Positions 53,018-64,000 of a stretch of 64,000 nt of DNA are shown here, in pieces; the first letter of the stretch is position 1; each line of letters opens with the position of its first letter. The DNA is from Lophium mytilinum (taxonomy: Eukaryota): positions 1,014,606 to 1,078,605 of the forward strand of contig MU004196.1 in assembly GCA_010093605.1 (NCBI GenBank). The letters run 5' to 3'. Under the pieces are notes generated by a model. It was not told the origin of the DNA, searched no databases, and was given only the letters and a program-made list of their open reading frames with translations. A program made the translations under genes and the position numbers.

Positions 53018-53803
53018 ATGACCTCGAGACTGGTCCTCTGTCTTGGAGACTTGTTCATTCCAGACCGAGCTGCTGTGAGTCCTGTTCGCGCTACACTCCC
53101 CTCGCTCAAATGCTCACCGTGATGCCAGGACATTCCCACAAAGGTACCCGCCAACACTCCTTCCACCTCTACCTGAGGTTGCACGCATCCACAGACGCTT
53201 ATACAACCCCCTAGTTCAAAAAACTCCTCGCGCCCGGCAAAATCGGCCAGATCCTCTGCCTAGGCAACCTCACCGACAAAGACACCTACGAGTTCCTGCG
53301 CGGCATAGCCCCCGACCTGCAAATTGTAAAAGGCGACTTCGACGTCGAAGCGCCCAATCTCGCCCTCTCGAAAGTCGTCACCCACGGCTCGCTGCGCATC
53401 GGCTTCACCCATGGCCACACCATAATCCCCCCGGGCGACGGCGACAGCCTACTGATCGCCGCGCGGCAGATGGACGTCGACATCCTACTATGGGGCGGGA
53501 CCCACAAGTTCGAGGCCTATGAGATGGAGGGCAAGTTCTTTGTGAATCCGGGGAGTGCCACGGGCGCCATGACGACGGGGTGGTGGCCTGAGGAGGAGGA
53601 ACCGACGCCGAGTTTTGTACTGATGGATGTGCGTATTTCGCTGGAGATGGACTGGGAAGTGGGGTTTAGTGCTGACAGTTTGATAGGTCCAAGGCGATGT
53701 CCTCGTGATATACGTGTACCAGCTCAAGAAAGACGACAAGGGCGCGGAGAACGTGGTCGTCGAGAAGCTGTCTTTCCGGAAGAATGGCGGTGGTGTATCA
53801 TAG
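53018..53803 (+). CDS. VPS29: Retromer subunit Vps29 (4 exons including a 15-nt microexon at 53129-53143)
   Basis: LVLCLGDLFIP, ILCLGNL, VKGDFD, GFTHGH, GGTHKF and FFVNPGSATGA. Confidence 0.93.
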
Positions 53804-53959
53804 CGAGCGAAAATAGTTTGATATCCAGTAATCAGAGATTGGTCATGCAAAGATTATGGGAAATTCAGAAATGTGGGGTCTCATATACTGATTTTATTGT
53901 CAAGATACAACCTGTCCACATTGTGTCAATGGACAACTCAAGCCAGACCTTGCGTCTTT

Positions 53960-54570
53960 ACGTCCGTGCGATTTGGACACGAGTTGGGCATATTATTGGC
54001 GCAGCCCGTGAATCACACTATTCAGTGGTGTTGATTGCCGAAGACTCTGTTTTGGACTCTCGAATTGGAGTTGATTTGGGTGTGGTGAGATGTATAAAGT
54101 GGAGCCAGCCCGTGCGATTTGGACTTGATTTTGATATATTATTGGAGCAACTTGTGAATTAGGCTACCTGAAAGCGTTGATTTCCGTAGGTCTTGAATCG
54201 GATCATAGAATTAGGGTTGATTTGGTGTGCTGAGATGTATGAAGTGGAGCCGGTCCGCGCAATTTAGGCATGATTCTGGCATGTTATTGGAGGACGCTCC
54301 TTATCAGGCTCTGAAGTTGGGGTAGATTTGGCGGCGTTGAGATGTATGAAGTAGAGCCAGTCCGTACGATTTGAACTCGATTTGGGCATATTATTAGAGG
54401 ACGCCGCATATCACATCATGGATTTGGGGTATACTTGGGTGTGGTAAGATGTATAAAGTGGAGCCAGTCCGTGCGATTTGCAGTCAATTTAGGCATGTTG
54501 GTGAACGGCCTATATTAGATCTTGAATGTAGGGTATATTTAGCTGTGATAAGATGTACGAAGTGGAGTTG
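53960..54570 (+). repeat. Array B of the GTGAGATG...CGATTTGG repeat family (4 full and 2 partial units)
   Basis: Cores at 54085, 54230, 54337 and 54444; a 3' half-core at 53962 and a 5' half-core at 54548. Confidence 0.9.
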
Positions 54571-55363
54571 TGAAATTTTCAGGTCATAGAATAAGATCCC
54601 CATTCTGAAATAGAAGCGCGGCGCAAAGCAAAGATAAGGCGGGAATGTGTTGTTGAATAGTCTAAAGTGAGTGAACCAATCGTGATTATAATTCAGGCTG
54701 CGATGTGAGCTGCAGCGCTCTCTTTCCTTCGTAATCTTTTTTTGGAGATGATTGTCCATCGTATGAATTGATATAAAGAAAGCCATTTCTATGATCTGAT
54801 ATTCATTTCAACATGGCCTACTATTGAATGTACGTAACTAGCTCTGGAGATAATGGGTCGTTCAACGTGCTACTATAGACTGCGCTGGCTAGTGAATGTA
54901 AGCTGGATGTAAATCAATCGCAACGTGGCACCTGTAGGCAGGGAACTCGTGCATGGAAGTAAGTCGTCTCAGACGACATCGCTATTCAAGAGCCTCGACT
55001 AGAAACACTCACCTCTTATGATTCAACAAGCAATGATGTAAAAGCCAAAGACCGACTCGTCAAGGCACGAACCTCTTGGTGCCTGATGTCCCTAGTTGCA
55101 CTCGGCTGCGTCGTCGAAGCAACCCCGATCGTCAACAAACGCGCCCGTGCTCGATCAACAGTTTATCCCTGCCCGAGCATCTGGGAAATCTCCGAACCAC
55201 AACCTCACTCCTCCAACACCACACACACCCATCATCCGCGTCCATTGTGCCGCCGCACCACGCGTGACTAATAAAACAACTACACTAACATATCTACTCC
55301 AAAACCACCCAATACACCACGCGCGCAGCACCACCTCCTCGTTCTACGCGTCCGCGACCAAGT

Positions 55364-57396
55364 ATGCGCCAGACGCGCTCTGCATTGCGCGCCGAAGTCA
55401 TCCACGTCGACGACAGTAGCTCGGCTGCTGTGCCACTGCCCTTCACGCCTTTCAAGGAGCGTGCGCCGCTAGGAGAGATCGCGGGAAATACTGCTGTTGC
55501 TGAGGCTGAGACGGGGGAGGAGATGGCGCAGAAGAAGGTGAAAGCCGCCAAGGGTGGACGGAAGGGGAAGAAGGGCAAGAAGATGGAAGAGGAGGTCGAG
55601 ACTGAGCAGCAGCAGGCTGTGGTGCTGGAGGATGAGAGACAGGCGGCTGGCAGTCCGGCGAGTGATGGCGCTGCGGAGGAGCTCGCGAAGGAGGCCAATG
55701 GAGGTGAGTTTGAGGCGTATATCTGGGACTGGGGGTGGATGTTGACTGGTGTGTAGATGCTGTTCAAGTGCCTATGCTAGAGGAGCGCCCCGTCTCTCCA
55801 CCGCGCGCGGTACGCATGACGAGGCGGCAATTGGCGAAGGCGGAAGAGGAGTTGTCCAAGTCGCAGCACCAGGCCCCGCCAGTTGAAGAGCCTGTTGAAG
55901 AGAAGGTCGATCAGGAAGCATCAGCTTCTGAATTAGAGACTGTTGAGCCTGAAGCGGAGGTCGTGGAGCCCGAAGCACCTGTTGTGGAGCCTAAGAAAGC
56001 TGCTCCTGTCCAGCAAGAAGTTTCACAACCGGTCCAAGAAGAAGTACTACAGCCGACAGTCGAGGTCGTCCAATCCCCGGCTCCTGAGGTAACAATCACA
56101 CCAGACCTTTCAGAGCTGAAAGTCCTCATGTCGGAGAAGCCATCAGAGGAGGAAGTGTTTAGCGTACGCAGCTCGTCAAGGTCGCCTGGCAAGTCACCAA
56201 TGCGTCTAGAGGATTCAATCGAGGCTCTTGATGCGCTCGACGATGCCATTGAGCAGGTTGCTAAAGCATTCCCCCAAATGGATGCCTTGGAATCGGGCGA
56301 GAAGTCTCCTACGAAGAAGCCAACGACGAGGAGTACTCCCAAGGTGCGAATAGCAACAGTGAAGCCCAAACCAATAGCCACCAAAGCGCCTGTCACAAAT
56401 AGAGTATCACGGAATCCAACGGTACCCAAATCGCTCAAAGAAGGCCCTACCACCGCAACAGCCACCAAGACACGACCACTCTCAGCGGCGAGACCGTCCC
56501 TCGCCCGGTCTGCTAGCGTACGAAATGCCTCGAGAGCCAACGAAACAAAGCCAAAGGCTGCTTCTGGCGAAGTCACGGACTATCTAGCATCGAAGCGCCG
56601 TCCCATCAGCGTCTCCTTTCCTACCCCTCCGCCGCCACCAAAGTCGACAAAGCCACCGACCAAATCGACCTTCCAGCTCCCCGGGGAAGCTGTGGCTGCT
56701 AGGCTCAAGGCCCAACGCGAGGAACGCCAGAAAAGGGAAGAAGAGGAGGCCGCCAAGAAACCTACCTTCAAAGCTCGTCCCGCCCCCGTCCGCAAGGCCC
56801 CAGCACTGGTCAAGCAGACAGCAGCCAGCAAAGCCCGTGAGAGCTTGATGCAAGGCGGCAGCACCGACGAAAAGGAGAACAAGTCCGCCAGCACCCTCCC
56901 ATTGAAACGCACAAGCCCAATCACCATCGCGACAGGCGCAAAGCGCCAGAGCACTCTCATGAGCAATCCCAAGCGCCAGTCTAGCCTGCTCAGCGGCGCC
57001 CATATATCGACAAACCCAGCCGAGAAGCGTGAGCGTCCTGCGTTCAATCTCTCTACCACGAACAATGCCGCAAAGCGCGTCAGCAGCATTGGCGGCCCAA
57101 CGATTCCCCCGCTGAACAAGCCCGCCCTGACGCTAGCGGACATTGCGACGAACCGTGCCAAGGGCCGCGAAGTCTTCAACCGCGACAAGATAGAGAACCA
57201 GGAGCGCGAGCGGGTGAGGCGCGAGAAGGAAGACGCGGCCAAGCGAGCGCGAGCAGAGGCGGCGGAGAGGGGCAGGATCGCATCACGGGAGTGGGCCGAG
57301 AAGCAGAAGATGCGGAAGGCGGGATTGCCTGCGGCGAATGGAGGCGTCAAAACAGCTGCGGCGGGAGTGGGCATGGAGCAAACCGCCAACTCGTGA
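55364..57396 (+). CDS. Basic, low-complexity coiled-coil protein, putative microtubule-associated (TPX2-C-like FKARPAP motif); 2 exons
   Basis: KEN-like RAPLGEIAGN, acidic N-terminal half, and basic C-terminal half with TFQLPGEAVAARLK...TFKARPAP; intron ~55704-55757. Confidence 0.6.
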
Positions 57397-57929
57397 AGGG
57401 ATGGTGTTGAGCTGGGTTGCGGGTATGAATGTCTCTGGGATGAGACACCTGCCTCCCTCGAACGGACCTTTTCCTTCCGTGGTCCTCTTGTTTCCTTTTC
57501 TCTGATACTCTCTTTCTCTCTCTCGAATCGGCCTATGGCCTCTCTGCATCCAATTCGGCGTCCACGGCGCAGATACTCTGAGGGAACAATACCTTGGAAA
57601 AAGCCTCTGGGTTGGGCACGTTGGGTGTCCTTGGCGTCAACGACGCTCACGTTCGTTCTGAAAGAGCGAATGGCTGCTGTTCTACTACTGTTTTGGTTAT
57701 TGATTTGGAGCCTGCGGCTCGAGTATCAGGTGCTTTAGCTTGAGCCTCAGAGCTGTGGAAAACACTTGAGCGAGGTGTTTGTTATGGGCAGTTCCTTGAT
57801 GAAGTACTATAGGTAGCGATTACAGTGACATTCAACTACATTGAGAGTGAGTTTGGTGGTGGTTGAGTGAGTCAAGAACTAGGAACGGTAATTTCCGATT
57901 CGCTGAACGAATGCGCCCATGACTGTCTA

Positions 57930-58115
57930 CTTCAATAACTTGGCCAAATCGACTTCAAATTGCAGAGTGGCTCCCGTTACCACATCTCACGAACTCAACA
58001 TCAAGCCTCTTTCTGTCGCCTAATCTGAAGTGAACTCCAATAACACGCCCAAACTGACTTCAAATCACACGGACTAGCTCCCGTTAGTACATCTCACCAC
58101 CTCAAAATTAACTCT
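57930..58115 (-). repeat. Array C of the GTGAGATG...GATTTG repeat family (2 units, reverse strand)
   Basis: Minus-strand cores start at 58097 (GTGAGATGTACTAACGGGAGCTAGTCCGTGTGATTTGA) and 57990; period 107. Confidence 0.8.
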
Positions 58116-58422
58116 ATTCCTGTAGTCTGATTCCTAGTGTGTAAGGGAGGGCAATGCACCAACACGGGCGAGAGCGAGATCTCAAATACTAGGATATAGA
58201 ATTATCGTCTAGTCATCGCTATAGAAAATTCCCAGCATCTATAAATGCCATGTTAAGTACTCCTCCAATGCCGTCTTCCCGCACAATGTGTATCCTGTGT
58301 ACTCCTTTTCCCAACCAAATCCAGCAAATGCAATGCATGCGATTCCGAGCCACAATCTAGAAGAGGTAGAAAGAAGCTAAAGTCGTCGGATAAGAAATAA
58401 GTCGGATAGATCAGCCGTGTCG

Positions 58423-60659
58423 TCATCTAGAAACCACTTGGCCATTCGCTTGGGGCTGCCAGAGGGGCCAGTAGCTTTCAGAGCCTTTCGCCAGGGCGCC
58501 TCTTTCCCATATCAGTGACGGCTTAGCCGACAGAGATGCGAGGTGGTTTGATCGGAGGTCGTTGAGCGCGTCGCGGAGCTCTTTCACGCCGAGTATGACC
58601 CAGCCGAGTTCACGAGTTTCGTTTTTTCGCAACGCGATAGACGCATGAAGGCGTTCCATGAGCGGGACCAGCCGAGAGAGGTTTGGTGGGAGACGATACC
58701 CTGATATACGTTAGAGCTGCCTCTACAAAGGTTGCTATTTATAGAACTCACTCCATGATGATTCCACCCATGCCGTCACCGCCAGTCGATCGAGTAAGAA
58801 CTGAGACAGTACAGAAACCCAACCAAGTTGAGATTCCGTAATCGCAGACGTGGAGAATGAATTGTGTGGCTGGTGGGCTGCATATTGAGAAGCCTGGCCA
58901 TTCTGTGCTGTTGCTGGGGACAGCGTCAGGCTTCGACTCAGGTGGACTGGCCAGCAGAGCACCGCGTATCGGAGTAGAGGAAATGCAGTTTCAAAGTCCT
59001 TCTTGTCGGTTACGATTTCCATAGGGACGTCCTCGTCTGAAGACTGGCTGTAAAAGCCACTGTCCCCGGACCGCTCGGTTTGGACGGTTCGTAGCGAAGC
59101 ACCGGAGCTTATCGAAGGCCCTCGAAGCTGCTGGAGCTCAGAAGCTTCTAGGGGTTGTTTCGGGATGTCATGCGCCAGATACGAGATGCAGCGCGAAGCG
59201 AGATGAGCATGCATAGCGCTTTCATCGAACAGAGAGAAATCAAACACAACGCACTGATTCGACTGCAAGTGCTCCTTCACAGATCGATGAGTGAAGACCG
59301 GGGTTCCGTAGGGGTCCAAACCAGCCAGGCCACCTGTAATTTCTGCAACACATTCCGGGAAGTTGGGTAGATATTGCGATTCGGTGGTTGGCTGTCCTGG
59401 AATTAGAGCGAGCGCAGTGTGGAGAGCTGGGATGGTGAGCGGTTTGATGGGATGAGCAAGCCATCTGAATATGTCCGCCGTTATGGTCTTCTCTCTCTCG
59501 TTCCTTCGGGTGAGCGTATGGAGAATACCGTTGTAGAGAGCGCCAAGTCCTCTCAGATGGTTCTGTCTGTGCAGTGTGTCATATCTTTCTTGGGGAGCCA
59601 AAGCAGCCGAATTAAGGAATTGCTCAAAGAGAGTCGCCCACAGGAACACTCCGTCTGCTCGGCGCGTGACTTCCTCTGTGACTGCTAGGTCGATAATTTG
59701 CTCCCCGAAAAGGCCTCTGGATTCCATTGACTCTATCCCTGAATGAAGGAATCTTCCAATATCCTCAAAGTTCTCGTGATTGCTCAGCACCACCCGCCAG
59801 TTTGAAGGGGGCCCGCAGTTCTGATATTCCTGTGGAAAGCTCATGGAAGGTCGCCCCAGAAGGAGTATTTTGCACTCTTCAGAGCTGCACAGGTCATAGA
59901 CGGCGGCAAGAAACAGCTCGTTGTCATAGCATTCGTCCACTCCGTCAAAGACCAAGAAGGTCGGGCAATGCCGCACAAGAATCCGAACGACACAAACTAC
60001 ATCGTCGAACGATGGCTGCTGCTGGCCACTAGACTCCTTCTCAATCCAGAAAGCCAAGTGATGCATGGCGTCGCGGTCATGTTGATGGGCTTCAAGCAAC
60101 TGGGTTGCAACCGCGCGGAAAGCCTGCATCGAACTCCTGTGCGTGTCCGGATTCCTGCCAATGAAATGGAAGAAAGCGACGGCGTGCTTCTCCGGCCGTA
60201 CGTGGTGTAGGGGCCCCTCGGGAGCCTTCAGGTCATCGACAATGATACTAGAGAGAAAAGTCTTGCCAAAGCCGGGTTTCGCTTCAATCAATCAATATCA
60301 AAAAAACACCAGGACTTGTATTGCTTGCGGACACACACCTTCGACGGCGAGGATGCCGCGGACATTGATTGGCTCCTTGCCTCGAAGCTGAGCAGTCCGC
60401 CATGCTTGATACCTGCGGTCTGCAAGAAACCACCGCCCCGTCCCATCCCATCGCCGGCGGACGGTCTGTTGGTAGGAGGTTTTCCAGTCCGGGGCCGACA
60501 GCCATGCCCGGATGCGCTCGACTCGCTGTGCTGCTTCCTGTCAGTGCCAAATCCAATTGCGCAATGGAGGGGGGACATCGGACCGGCAGATCTGCGCTGC
60601 TTTAGAAATTCTTCGGCAGTTCGGTTTTCATCCAGCTGGTCTGGATTGGGCGCAGCCAT
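58423..60659 (-). CDS. NACHT-domain (STAND/NLR-like) protein without a recognisable repeat or effector domain
   Basis: Spliced IRAWLSAPDW...GTGRWFL...YQAWR...ILAVE|AKPGFGKT (Walker A), LVFDGVDEC (Walker B), ADGVFLWA and HRSVKEHL. The 5' end is uncertain (possible extra exon near 60830). Confidence 0.8.
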
Positions 60660-61228
60660 TCCCTGAGCTGGAGAGGAGTTGTGGCAGACATGGGGAAGCA
60701 GACGGCGCGCGCGATGCAGAGTCTTTAGCAGAGGGCGGAGAGCGATCCATGGTGCAAACGGGCAGCTCCCACACTGGAGGCTGAACGATTGCGAGCGCGG
60801 GTCGTACCTTGCAGAAGCAATTCAGTAGTCATCGACGCCGGATCCGTCGTGGGGGACGGGAGCACCACTTGTCCGCCGCGGGCACCACCCCACGCCAATG
60901 CTGCCAGGTGGTCCCGATTCACAAAGGTGGAGCGCTGCCAGCCCGGGGTGGGATTGATGGGAGGGGAGACGCTGCGGGTGGCCAGCGGGTGGCCAGCGGG
61001 CAGCATGCGCCTGTCCGCCGCAAAGCGTCCCGATTCGGCGCCGTGGTGGCATTTGGTAATGAGAAAAAGCAGCTCTTGGCACGCTCAGATATAGGTAGTA
61101 GGTAGGCAATGTCTGCTCAGGGTATCTCCAACCACCAGCCTCGCGGCTCCTCCCGCCGCCTCTATAGTACAATACAGACAAAACGCTGTCTACCGAACAA
61201 TGCTCCAACCCGCACTGACACACCAGCC

Positions 61229-62922
61229 TCACGCCGTCTGCGGCTGGCCCAAGCGCAGCGCCAACAATGCCCGTACGTCCGTCACGTACTGCAGGCCCTC
61301 TAGCAGTGGGATGAGATGCAGCAGATCATTGTCCGTTGGGTCGCTTATCCAACCTTCAATGGGTATGGCATTGTCTGGAGATCAGGTCAGCGGGCGGCGA
61401 CCGTATTGTTGGGCCGGAAGCAAACATACCTTCGTTAAATATGTAGCTCATTGGACTGTTGTCCACGATCATGACTTTGCTCAGGTCCGGCTCAACTTGC
61501 GCGAGGTCTTTGATATATGCCCCGTTCCGGAACGTGCAATGCTGGCGGTAGTATCGTCCCGCAAAGTATTTCCTCTCCACTTCAAGCCAATCGATGACCG
61601 GATCGGCGTACTCCTGGACCGATGCAGTGAAGACAATCAAATTGTACCATTTGCAAACCTGATGCCGACATGTTAGCTGCGGCCGTTAATGGAATTCGAT
61701 GACTACAAACCTTGCGCAAGAACTCGTCGCAATGTGGTCGCTTATGCACGTAATACAGAATTGGAACCTGGGGGCCGATCATTGTGCCTCCCGCGCCGAC
61801 AGGCTGTTGAAGCTTGACTTCCACCATGTGGCCAGTAGTATATCTACCGCCTTTAGCCATGCTGTGTATTAGCGTCTCATCTAGATCGATTATGAGGGTT
61901 TTCTGATGTGGGCCGACTGCTGACACCCCGGACGTGGTGTATGAGGGCTGCCTTCTCGGCACCAAAGGCCGTGGTGGCTGTGGAGCTCGAGGGAATTTAG
62001 TGAGCTTCGCGGACGAAGCGGGACTGGTGGGTGACTTCAAGGCAGCTGCAGCTTCTGCCGATACCTGCTCTGTCGAGCCGGATGCGCCTCTTTGAGCCTG
62101 TCCCTTCTTTGCCTTTCGCTGTCTCAATGCGTCTTCGTTGTGAAGTTTGATGCGGATTGATCGCTTGGCCGGTGCAATTTCCTCTGCCGAGGTTGATGCC
62201 ATCGACTTCGACCGTGTATGGCGCGAGGGTGTATCATTGTCCTCGTCCCGGGTGGGAGGTCTCTCACTGTCGACCTCGGAGTCTGACGTTATTGCTGTCG
62301 ATGTTGACGCGATGGATGGGGACCGTCTTGTAGGTCTCTTAAGACGCGGCTTCCCTGTGTTGACCCTTCGGGCTTCGCGGTCTTCCCTCTCTGCCGAGTC
62401 CGAATTATCCCGGCTCTTCAGTTTTTCTGCCACAGGTCCCCGCCGCTTGCGAGAGAATGGACGCGCTATTTTGTATACCGGAGAGAGGATGGAGAAATGG
62501 CCTTCGTCATCGTAGAAACAGGCAATGACATATGTGCCGGGTGCTACTATAGCCGTGATTAGAACCTTGAGCGTCCCCACGACGGCTTGTGAAACGCGCT
62601 TTGGTATGAGCCAAGTCCTCGACACATTGGGCTCTGGATATGACCCGTCCCGTGAATCGCCGAGTAGGGGGGACTTCTCATCGAATTGGGATGCATAGGC
62701 GTCGTCTCCGTTGGAGGCAAGAGCCTCCGCTTTAGTGGCAACCATGTCGCCTTTATCATTTACAGCTTCTATGCCAGACAGACCCTCATCATTCTTGTGT
62801 TGTGCTGTGTATGTAGGCCGAGGATCCGCTGTGAGGATGTTGCTTTCTGATCCCGCGCGTGACCGTTGAGGGCTAGGAGGGGGAGTTGAGCCGATGGCGG
62901 AAAGGATGTTCAGAGAGTTCAT
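61229..62922 (-). CDS. NEM1: Nem1/CTDNEP1-type HAD protein phosphatase (3 exons)
   Basis: KTLIIDLDETLIHS, VHKRPHCDEFL, FTASVQEYADPVIDWL, YIKDL...DNSP and WISDPTDNDLL. Confidence 0.9.
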
Positions 62923-63344
62923 GCTCCGGGGCAAGCCATGAACGAGTGAATGACGACCTCCAAGAGCTTCTACGGGGATAAAATGGCGATGCGCCTGGGT
63001 TCGGATACGAGACTCTGCGCTTGTTGAGGCGCGCTCTGGGTGAGATTTGCGGCGCGGAGTTCGGAAGGGCTGGGAGGACAGGCGCGGAACGGTTTCAACC
63101 CGTGGCACCTCTGGAGAACCTTGAGCGGGCCGGGGGTTTGATGAGCCACGAGCGCAGACGAAAGAGGCGTTGGTTGAAAGGCAAAATATGCAGAGTGCTG
63201 GTCGGGCGATGTTTCGAAGCAATAAGCAATGACGACGGCTCTCCCGAGGCCCGTGGGCTTCCACGTGATATCAATATTGACTTCATATCGCCGAGGTACG
63301 CCAATGAACTTTCAACACCCGTCATCAGATAAGCAAAACAATCG

Positions 63345-64000
63345 CAATTCACAGGTTCGTAAACGTTACATCCTATCGTAGATTAAGAAAATAGGCCAGG
63401 GGACTCCAGACAGCGCTACCACACATCCAAAGCGATTCCTATCATCAAGTCAATATACTGTACACATACCTCTGAAGCTCTGAATTGAACAAGCCGAGTT
63501 CTCGAACTGTAGCCCTCCATGAGGAGTTGAAGCGCTTCGATAGCGTAATAATACCCCTTCAATGCCTATCAGATTCACGTAGTCCAAAACGTTACATCCT
63601 ATTTCAATCTCGTATACCAAGCTAGAGGACTTCAGACGGCGCTATCACACCGGCAAAGCATCTGCGTGCAGCACCTGATTCTATCGGGCTGGTAACATGA
63701 ATAGATTTGAAGGCCTAGAATCTCATTGTTGAGTTTTTGAGATTATCGCCCTTCCTGAGGAGTTGAAGCGCTTCAATAGCGTAAGAGTACCCTTCCAATG
63801 CCTATCTGATTCATGTAGTCTGAAACGTTACATCCTGTTCTGAATTGGTGTACTAAGCCAAAGGACTTCAGACGGCGCTATTACACCGGCAAAACGACTG
63901 CGTGCAGCACCTGATTCTATGATGCTAGAAATATGAATAGATTAAAGGCTTGAAATCTCACTGCTGATTTCTTTACATTATAGCCGTTGATAAGTAGTTG
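63345..64000. repeat. ~230-bp tandem repeat, about 3 units, running off the right edge
   Basis: AAACGTTACATCCT at 63361, 63587 and 63823 (periods 226 and 236); GAGGAGTTGAAGCGCTTC at 63521 and 63757. Confidence 0.9.

Noticed and set aside
53960..54570. Calling the arrays bona fide CRISPR
   Set aside because: Fungal intron-rich context, no cas genes, degenerate repeats, and long spacers that are partly homologous to each other.

Overview
Eukaryotic DNA from a filamentous ascomycete (Pezizomycotina): short GT-AG introns with CTRAC-type branch points and a RIP-mutated repeat. Bases 1-3.7 kb are a heavily RIP-mutated Ty3/Gypsy LTR retrotransposon relic on the minus strand. Bases 3.7-9.4 kb are a decaying accessory zone with a 196-bp TA-flanked MITE, a stop-riddled unknown ORF and an Aurora-kinase pseudogene. 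From 9.5 kb on is a dense block of mostly conserved genes: EthD-like, hypothetical, RecQ helicase, UBA-ZnF-UBX, VAP/Scs2, asparagine synthetase, cytochrome c1 heme lyase, ERG19, J-protein, Aim19-like, UFD2, RHO1, MLH3, Ser-rich hypothetical, HhH protein, JmjC/zinc-finger, COQ2, GH16 glucanase, AGX1, VPS29, TPX2-like, NACHT protein and NEM1. Main unexplained signals: (1) a non-coding repeat family with a conserved ~38-nt core, forming arrays (periods ~145-151 and ~104-107 bp) at three intergenic loci (20.2, 54.0 and 58.0 kb), each downstream of and co-oriented with a gene; (2) an AUG-less in-frame N-terminal extension of AGX1 carrying a perfect PTS2 behind two near-cognate starts; (3) a second ~230-bp tandem array with a palindrome at the right edge; (4) a GH16 catalytic motif on a 12-nt microexon requiring a GC donor. 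Exon boundaries were read by eye and no database searches were run.
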